A stretch of DNA of 64,000 nt. It comes from Lama glama (lineage: Eukaryota). The position numbers and the translations under genes were made by a program. The DNA lies in contig CM052817.1 in assembly GCA_028534125.1 (NCBI GenBank), positions 17,362,001-17,426,000 on the forward strand, read 5' to 3'. The notes under the pieces were generated by a model, which saw only the letters and a list, made by a program, of their open reading frames with translations, was not told the origin of the DNA and searched no databases. This document shows positions 54,916 to 64,000 of the stretch, piece by piece (the first letter of the stretch is position 1; each line of letters begins with the position of its first letter).

Positions 54916-56659
54916 GGATAGCTGGGAACCTTGCTTCCAGATCTGAGAGACCTTGGGCACTGGTACCCCTGAGGCAGGGGGGTCATGCAGTGCTGAGTGG
55001 AACCTTTAAGCGAGTCTTCCCTCCTTGAGCTCCTGTCCTTACAACATGAGACCTCGACAAGCCCTGGGGGAGAGAGAGGCCTAAAAGGAGCCTGGAAAGC
55101 TTCTATTTCCCTCCAAAGAGGCAAAGATGTTTCCTAGATTTCTTGATTGTCAACTAGGGTGGGAGTATGGGGGCTCTTGGCAGTGAGTTTGGGAGCATAG
55201 GTGCCCAACCATCTGTGGAAGGGAGTCAGCAACCTCCTGCGTGGCTCTTCCAGCAAGAGACTGCTGGTCCTGTGTTGCTTATGAGAGCTCACCTATGCTG
55301 CGGGAGAGCCATCCAGTGGAAGGCACGCTGAGTTTCTGAAATGGGCAATGGCGGGAACTCTGGAGTCAGATAAGACTGAGTAAGTCCCAGCTCAGCCAGT
55401 CGCCTGTTAATAATGGGAATAATGGCTGTCGTTTTATTGAATGCTAAGCACTTCAGGTACATATCTCATGGACTCATTCTAACATCTCTTTTATAGATGC
55501 GAGGCTGGAGCTCAGAGAGGTTAACAAACATTCCCAAAGTCACACAGCAAGCTAGCGTTATAATCCAGGCAGCCTGACTCCCAAGCCCCAAAGCCCAAAT
55601 TCTTAGCCACCATACCCAGTGAAAACATATCGGGGAACAGCATGGCCCAAATGATATCTCTGTACTTAACCAGGCCAACCAGCAGGCCAGAAGCACCCAT
55701 TCTGATAGATATTTTTAAAGGCACAAAGAAAAAGTAAGATTGGGGCACTGGCCTTGAGATGTTGATGGTCTAGTTGATAGGAAGGCACTCACTTGGGAGA
55801 AACTATGATTGCCATCCCCTCCTCTTGGGGAGTATGGAAAGTTTAAGTTCACCCACAGGGAAAGCTTTAGCTACCAGGAGCATCACCATTTGTAATGAGT
55901 TGGCATTTCGCCCTCCAAACATATCAGCAGGTGAATGCGTGTTATTAGAAGAGTCCGGTCGGCACCGTGAGAGAGTTGGTAACTCAAGGAAGTTGGGCCA
56001 TTGCTTAAAATGCTAGGCAGCAGGTCCACATTGTAACTAATCACTACCCTAGGCAAAGCGCTGATTAATTCTGACTTTGAATTCCTCTTCTTGCGTCTTC
56101 TTCCACCTCTGTGCTGCCTACCTGACTCACAGGGATGGGCTGGGGGAGGGCGGGTCAGATAAAAGCGCTGTCACAATTGGCAACCAAAGGCTGTGTGCCT
56201 TCACCGTGTTATTAAGACAGTGCATCAAGAAATAGCTTCGGCGTTAATCACAAAGGAGAATTCGTGAGACCTGTATTCTGGAAACGGAACAGCCTTGGAA
56301 TATAAAGGGAGGGCAACGCCCTGGTACAAGCTGTCCACAGCCTCCAGGTGCTTGCCCGTCCAAAGTAAACAGTGGGGCCCCGGGCAGCCACCGGGGCCAG
56401 TGTGTTTAGAGGGCAGGCGAGGGCAGAGTTGTCATATAGGGTGGGTCCTGGTGCCAGGCACTCCAGGACCTTGTGGCTTCACACAGCTTTGGCATAGAGG
56501 GCTGGGAGCTATGGCCAGGAGAAGCCCACCTTCGAGGTGTGATGGAAGGAGAGGGTGTGACTCCCTGGTGGCAGAGACCTGTCCCTGGGGGGCAGCTCGG
56601 TGGGCCACCGGCAGAGCAATCCTAGGCGAGACTCAAATAAACAAGGCAAAGCCCTGGAT

Positions 56660-57118
56660 GACTGTCAGTTTCCTAGGGCCGCCATAACAAAGTGCCCAGA
56701 CTAAAAATGAGTAGCACGCAACGACAGAAATTTCTTGTCTCACAGTTCTGGAGGCTAGAAGACCTAAATTATGGTGTTGGCAAGGCTGGTTCTTTCTGAG
56801 AGCTTGTAGGGAGAATCTCTTCCAAGCCTCTTTCCCAGCTTCTGGGGACAGCAGGCAATCCTTATCGTGCCTTGGCTGTAGACGTATCATTCCGATCTCT
56901 GCCTCCCTCATCACGTGGCTTTTCCCTGTGTGTCTCTGTCTAAATTCCCCTCTTACAAGGACCCCAGTCATACAGAATTAGAGCCTGCCCTAACAGTGAG
57001 TTCATTTTAACTTGATTATATCTGCAGAGACCCTATTCCCAAAGACGGTCACATTCACCAACACTGGGAGTTAGGGTTTCAAGATATCTTTTGAGGGGAG
57101 ATAATTCAAACCAATGAA
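56660..57118 (-). mobile_element. MaLR MLT1C-like solo LTR
   Basis: 'tcagtttcctagggccgccataacaaa', 'tctcacagttctggaggctagaag', 'ggtcacattcacc'. Confidence 0.85.
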
Positions 57119-57625
57119 GACCCTAATGAAGGTCTCCTCCACTGGACTGTGAGCAGATGAAGGAAGTCTATCCTATTTATTTTGTATCCCCAGTGTTCTA
57201 GGATCGTGCCTGGCAAATAGCTAATGTCCAATAAGTGCTAAATGAATGAATTGGTGATAATCTAAGCCGGATCTTTATGATATGGGTTATTTGACCCCAA
57301 ATCTGAGTGTGAAATCCTGGCTTCCTTACTTCCTACCTGGATCATCTTTGGTAAGTCTCTTAATTCCCCTGAGCCTCAATTTTCTCCTTTCTAAAATGAG
57401 TATGAAGGCAACATGTAGGAGGGTGGTGAGAAGCCCAGAGGATGAAGTACATAAAACGTCTGGCACATAGTAAAGGTTCAGTAAATGGAAGGCACTATTT
57501 TTAAAGGAAATTCCAAACTTAATTCGACATGCTACCTTCTAGTTCACATTTCTTTACACCACATTCATTTCATCATATCAAGTCTTCAAGACTTTCAAAA
57601 AACCTAATACATAGGCTAATCTAAC

Positions 57626-58070
57626 TGTATCAGTCAGGATGCTTTCAGTTGGCACTAATAGAAACTCTATGCAAAAAGCAAGGTGTAGTGTATTTATTAG
57701 CTCACATAATGTCTTACTGTTCTGGCTTCAGGCAAGGCTTGATCCAGAGTACAAACAATGTTATTAACGATCTTCTGTTTCTTGGACAGGCCGTCATCCT
57801 GTGGCTGCCAGAACCTCAGATTGAAATCCTCCTGGCCTAACAGCCCCAGGGGAAAGACATGGTCTTTCTGTATTGCAACATCAGAGAATATCCAAAGAAG
57901 ATTCCAATTTGCTTGATTTGAATCCAGTGCCTATCTGAGCTGGTCATTATAGCCAGGAGCCTAGGATACGTGCGTGGACTGGGCAGTTCTGGATCAGGTA
58001 AATGGGGAAGGGTGGCATAAGCCTCCTGTGAAATGGGTTCCCTACAGAAAAGAATGTTCTGTTTCAGCAA
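57626..58070 (-). mobile_element. Old MaLR (MLT1J/K-like) LTR
   Basis: 'tgtatcagtcaggatgctttcagttggc', 'ggcttcaggcaaggcttgatccag'. Confidence 0.65.
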
Positions 58071-60189
58071 GAGGTTCTGGAAAGATTTGAATGAGAAATG
58101 CCTCTGATCCTTAAAATTGCCCATAGAACAGAAAATTTTAAAGGAGGCTAAAAGCCATCAGACTTCTGGAAAAGTAGCCAGTGTAATTTTTGAAAAAAAT
58201 AAAAACAGGAAACCATAGATTATATATAATAACTTGCTGCTTCAATATAAAAATACTGCCTTTGTGGTCCTCAATTACTGCTAGGGATGAGGACGGCTCC
58301 TGGGAGAGATGTAGACTGAGAAAGCCTGTCAGTGTATCAGCTGTTAATGCTAGGATGTCCCTGCAAGGGAGACTGGAGCACAGCCAGGTGAGGCACGTCC
58401 TTATGGATAGACCCGGGTCCCATCAGGCCGAGGAAGTGGGATGGGGTGGGAGGAAAAGGACGTTCTGTGGCAGGAGTGCCCATACATCCCGGCACTAAGG
58501 GAAACCCTGCCGGAATCCACATAAGTTAGCCTCACGGTGTTTTTTTAACTTGTTAGTTCTATACTAGACTTTGCTTTATGAAAAATACCACATAACTCAG
58601 GTTTAATTTCCCTGGGGGAGACAGATTTGAAATAACTATCAAATCTTTTTTCTCCTCTTTTTGCTGCTCTAAGCAAACTGGGAAATATTTTCCCCTGAGG
58701 GATGACAGTCCAGTCACTCATGCAATAATCATTTTAATGCTATTTGCTTTTTTTTTCTTTTAACTTTTCAGCAGTGTTTGCATACAGCCCTCCTCATTTT
58801 ATAGTTCTACTTTTTTTTTTAAATAAGTAAGACAGATGGCATGTTCACATTTAGGGTTTTATGAGAAAGTCAACTTAACTTAATGGCCAAGGGTAGATGC
58901 AGAAGACTCAATGATGAAATCAGCCAAGAGTTGTACAGTTTATCAATTTATCAATATATTGACAATTTATCTTGTACTTTCATTTCAGCATCACACAGTC
59001 ACATTATCCCCATTTTATAGATGAGGATATTGGGGCCTAGAGAGGTAAATTAGCTTGTTAAGGTGCCACACACAGACTTGAACCCAAATAATAACAGCTG
59101 ACACTATTCTAAACACTTTGCATGCAGTGTCTCGTTTAATACTCGCAAAAAAAAAAAATCCTGCAAAGTAGGTTATGGTTTTCATCCCCACTTCACAGAC
59201 AAAGAAACTGAGGCTTAGAAGGTAAAATTAATTGGTAGGATTCAAACTCAGATCTATCTCACTGCAAAGCTCCATCTAAAGGCAGAACTTTCCCCAGGCC
59301 TCACGTGGCTGTAAAAGCTTTAGAGCAGGTGGAAGTGAGAATTAATGGCTGGACCTCAGGCCAGAGGGAGACCGGTCAGACTTAACCCACGCTCAGCTGA
59401 GAAGCCTTTGCCTGCCAAGCCGGCCCTGTGGATGGACTATTCCCAGACCTTGCTCATTCAAAAGCGCTGAGGCAGCCTGGATGGAAGCCCAAATGCTGAG
59501 ACAAAGGTGCCCAAATAACAAAACAACAGTGTGAACTGCTAACTGCTGGCCTCACCAGCTGAAAACCTGGGGACCCCCAGGTCCGCAAAGATGCCGTAGA
59601 TGGAAAGAAATGTCTGGTCAGCAGAGAGGTCCCAGCAAGTCCAACCACCCACTGCAGCCAACAATCATGGTTCGTGCCCATCCTCCCACATGGGGTGTGG
59701 ACCACATGGATATGGGGGGAGGCAGCCAGAACAAAGATGATTCCTTCACCAGCAGCTAAGGGCAGTCCTGGCGCCTCTCATCAGCCCTAGGCACCCTCCT
59801 CCAGCCTCCTCTAAATGACAAGCTCTAACAAGTTAATCAAAATCCTGACCATGAATGAGAAAGAAAAAAAAATACTTATTAATTAAAATCTCAAAAGATG
59901 CCAATAATAACAGTCTGCAGATGCTTTTTGGCTGTACTAATCCTATCGGGATACCAGAAACCAGCAAGCAGCGGAAGAGTCACAGGTGCGACGATTAGGC
60001 CTCAGAGCATATAGCTGTGACAAGTGGAATCGGGAAGAAAATCTTCCTGAAATCCCAAGCTTTGAAGGTAGTTAAATAATTAACATGATGCAAGGCTTTC
60101 CCTGCCTTCCCAAGAGAGGTTAAATTTCCAAGGATCTTCCCTGTGTGATAGTTTCTCTAAAATGCCTGGAAAACATAGGAAACGGTTAT

Positions 60190-60795
60190 CTTCAGTCATT
60201 CAACAAATATTTATTGAACATCTAATATGTGCCAAGTATTTTGGACGGTGCTGTACACACAGTTCCTAATCTCATGATGCTTACATTCTAGAGTGAGGGG
60301 TGAAGACTCATGTGTAAATAGGTAGGTTGAGGGTGCTATAGAAGAGAGAACAAGGAGATGAATGGAGGGTGACAGGGGTGAGGACTACTTTGGACTGTGT
60401 GGTCAGGGACAGCACTCTGAGGCAGTGCTTCTTGAATAGATGTTTAAATAGCAATAAAGCCAGGCCAAGAGCTGGGCCCAAGGCATTTCAGACAGAGGGC
60501 ACTGCATGTGCAAAGGCCCAGAGGCCAGCTCAGATTTGATGTGTTCAAAAACAGGAAACTTGTGTGGTGGGACCTATAATGTGGGAGAATGGAGGGAGAT
60601 GAGGTTGGAAGAGGTAGGTGGGGACAAGTGACCTAGAACCTTCCAAGACATGGTAAGATGTTTGGATATTATTTTAAGTGACTGGGCAAGAGATCATATA
60701 ATCTGATTTCAATTTCTCAAAGTTAGCGCAGGCTGGTAGGTGAAGAATAACTATAGGGGTGAATGGCAAGCATAAAGGGGGTAAGATATTCAGTA
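60190..60795 (-). mobile_element. L2 LINE 3' fragment
   Basis: 'cattcaacaaatatttattgaacatcta', 'gcatgtgcaaaggcccagagg', 'catggtaagatgtttggatattatt'. Confidence 0.8.
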
Positions 60796-61316
60796 GGACC
60801 AACAGTCTGTATCAGAGCATGTTGTCTCTAAAGAAGCACGATTTTTTGATTGACCTTACACAAGCAATTGGTATTTTCAGAACAAATTTCTCTGTCATTT
60901 GGCAGAGTTGCACCCATTTCAGACTTTCTAGGGTCCTTAGGCAGTATTTTTATTAATACTTACACATTTTATTAGCTGACTTACCCTTTTCTCCTTTCAG
61001 GGGCTCAGGGGTGGGCCTGGAGCAAAGAGGATTGAATGTAAAGGATGAAAAATGTCAGCTGACCAGGCTGACCAGTGAAATCCTTTTTTCATTCCCAAGG
61101 TGCACAGAGGCTGCCTGTATCCTTGAAGCAGTGAAGACACGCCTGCTCTGTAACATCTGAGAATGTGGCCACTGTCCCAAGGCTATGTCCTTCAGGCATG
61201 GTGAGCAAGTGGCAGGGGACCGTCAGACCTATGAAGGTGGAGGTGACCTGGGAGAGAAGCTAAAAAAAATCTGTCTCAATTTTCTGCACTGACTATTCAC
61301 ATTCTCACTGAGGAAC

Positions 61317-61670
61317 TGTTTGGTTTGAATGTTTGTGTTCCTCTAAAATTCATATGTTGAAATCTTAACCCTCAAAGGTGATAGAATTAGGAGGTGGGGC
61401 CTTTGGGAGATGCTTAAGTCATAAGGGTGAACCTTCATGAATGGCATTAATGCTTTTAAAAAAGAGGGTTCAGAGAGACCCCTGGCCCCTTCCACCATAG
61501 GAGGACACAGCGGAAAGGACCCCATTCATACAGAAAGAGGGCCCATCCCAACCATGCTGGCTCCACGATCTTGGACTGCCAGCCTCCAGACCTGTTTGAA
61601 AGAAATGCTTGAGTTTATAAACCGCCCTGTCTATGGCATTTTGTGACAGCAGCCGGAATGGACTCAGACA
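61317..61670 (+). mobile_element. MaLR MLT1A-like solo LTR
   Basis: TG...CA termini 'tgtttggtttgaatgtttgtgttcc' and 'ggaatggactcagaca'. Near-TSD GGAAC/GGATC. Confidence 0.85.
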
Positions 61671-62727
61671 GGATCTAAGGCTGTTTTTCTGGACTTTTGG
61701 CCCATTGATGCCCTTGTATTTATAAAAGAACAGAGAGGTATAAGAGGTTGTTTAATGTAAAAAACATTGAAATTTTATTTGTCATCTCCCTGGATGTGAA
61801 GTTTCCCTTATTTTAGGTTTTGGTGTCTCTTTTTCCACAGAGAAGGGCCTTCGACACATAGATTGATATTCCAAGAATAAAAGCAGAATCCTCTCAAAAC
61901 CAGGATCTCACAGAGCAGGGAGATGGTGCTTGTTCCTGATGGAAAGTAAATCTAGATTCACTTCTAGCTGGAAGGAAGCAGGCCAAAATTCAGATTTGTA
62001 GGTCGCTGGCCTGGGTGGATGTTCTAGAACGTGAACCATAAACCTCCATCACTTATCTTGGCAGATAGAAAATTGGGATTTGGGAGGAAAGTTTTGCATC
62101 AGGCGTTCAGATCCAATAAATGCTCCTGCTTCTTGCTGACTCCTAAATGCTCTATCTAGCAGGCTGCAAATGATGCCCTGGACCACATATTGACTGGAGC
62201 CACCTGGAGCACGATTCCATGCCATCACTCACTTTCTGTATTGCATTCTTTCTTCTTCCCTTTTGTTCTTCTGCTCAGTGACACTTCAGGAAAGCCAACT
62301 CAGATTAATTCGAACACACTTCCTTGGTGCCAAGATTGTAAGGTGGCAATAGAACAGAGAATGAGAACACGGACTCTTCAGTGGGTTCAAATTCTGACTC
62401 TGCCACTTACCAATTTTGTGGCTTGAGGCAAGACCGAATCTTTCCTTGCCTCACTTTCCCCGCTTGTAAAATGTCATAATGCCTGTCGTGTCTGGGTAGA
62501 GATTAGATGAAATTTTATGTTTGAGCAGATGAGATCAAGCACATAGCAGGCACTTAATTAATGTTTGTTGTTATTGTTGTGGTTATTACACTGAAAGAAT
62601 TGGGTTAAATAATATGTGATCTCTCATCAGGGCCTTAAAATCTAGTATGTAAGATAAAAGACACAAACTATTTTCATATAGGCAAAAGGAGATAAACATT
62701 CTAATCAGTATGTGGGAAAAGAGAGTT

Positions 62728-63190
62728 GTGCTGGATTAAAGATAACTGCAGAGCTGGGGTCTAGCCCCCGTCCAATGCCCCAACTCCCACCTTGAAACTA
62801 GTCCAGCCATGATCTTTGACCAATAGAATGTAGCTGAAATGACTCCTGGTGCCTCCCAAGTCTAAGCCATCAGGAGACCTGTGACTCAACTCCTGATTTC
62901 CCTGGGATGCTCTCTCTTGGAATGGAGCCTCCATGCTGGGAGATGCCGCCTATAAGTGCTCCCCTTGGCCCAGCTGAGCACCAGCTCTCAGATATAGGTG
63001 TGAGCTGTCTTAGATGGTACAGTCCAGCCAAGCCTCCAAACGACTTTAGCTGTACCAGCGCCCAGCTACCCCTTGTGATGCAGAAGAACGCCTAGTAAAC
63101 CCACAGCATTTCCAGAGATAGTAAATTATTGTTTTAATTTTTAAGCACATTTTGGGTAGTTAGTTATGCAGCCAAAAATAATCCAAATGG
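62728..63190 (+). mobile_element. Old MaLR MLT1 LTR
   Basis: 'ctttgaccaatagaatgtagctgaaatgac', 'ttttgggtagttagttatgcagc'. Confidence 0.7.
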
Positions 63191-64000
63191 GAGTTTAGGA
63201 GAGAAGAGTGCATTTCAAGTCAAGCGATCTAGAAGATTTCCTAGAAGAAGTGGGATTTGAGAACATCCTTGGAGAGAAGGACTATACAAGAGGTTTTGGG
63301 GAGAAAGTCGTTCCAGAAAGAGGGAAGACTTAGAGCAAAGACCCAGAGGCGGGCAGAGGCAGGCTGCATTTAGCACCTGGCAAATGGATCCGGCTGCTGG
63401 AGGGAGGCGCTGGGCGAGAGAGGGAGAACGAGGAGCCGAGAGGGTTGTTCAGGGTCACGTCATGGCAGCTCTGGGGATGAGCTCACTTTGATCCCAGGAA
63501 GGAAAACTCGTTCCTGCTCTTCTGAGTACAGGGGCTTTGTGGGAAACATCAGGGCTCTGTGGGTAAGGGAGACAGGCATCTGAGTAAAGAATGAAAACCA
63601 CAGAGCAGCTGGACTTCCCCCAAAGACACTGGCTTTGGAGGTTTGCTCAGGACCCCCCCCCCACCCACCCAGTGGCTCTGCATCACACGCACAGTAACAT
63701 CCAATGGCCTCTGTGATCCGTAAGGCAGAGGGCATGGTGTCCTTGTCCAGATCATCTCCATATCCCCTCCACTTACTCCTCTCCAGTTACATCAACCTCC
63801 TTGCTGTTCTTTGAAGAGTGAGCGCATGGTGGGCTCGGCACTTTTGCACTCACAGGTCCCTCCACGTGGCTGGTTCATCCTCCCAGGAGTCACATGGCTC
63901 CCCCTTCTCTTCATTCAGTTCTCTGCCACCTTCTCAGAGAGCCTTCCTTGATTCCCAATTTAAAATAGCAGACCCCACTCCCTACCCCCAGTCCCCTTGC

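Noticed and set aside
26720..64000. Neighbouring gene (SMIM20 expected by human synteny) or a processed pseudogene
   Set aside because: There is no second CpG island and no recognisable peptide in any ORF. The neighbour probably lies beyond the window. Small or non-coding exons cannot be excluded by eye.

Overview
Mammalian genomic DNA, most likely camelid (camel/alpaca/llama), judging from tRNA-derived Vic-1-type SINE copies and lineage-typical L1 3' ends. The window holds the 5' part of SEL1L3 on the minus strand: coding exon 1 (25405-25241) in a CpG island, exon 2 (12968-12398) and exon 3 (816-690). All three have GT-AG junctions and splice in frame. The gene continues beyond the left edge. 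The remaining ~38 kb (26.7-64 kb) is upstream intergenic DNA rich in old repeats (MIR, L2, CR1/L3, L1M, MaLR/ERVL LTRs, hAT elements) plus a few young insertions with intact target-site duplications (TSDs). I found no convincing novel biological system. The best leads are a possible alternative first exon with an upstream octamer motif that would remove the signal peptide, a stronger in-frame second ATG, an antisense solo LTR next to exon 2, a 90-bp AT-rich palindrome, a lymphoid-type motif cluster and a multi-layer nested transposon stack. Repeat subfamily names come from recognition by eye and need RepeatMasker/Dfam confirmation. Almost all other ORFs in the track appear to be chance.
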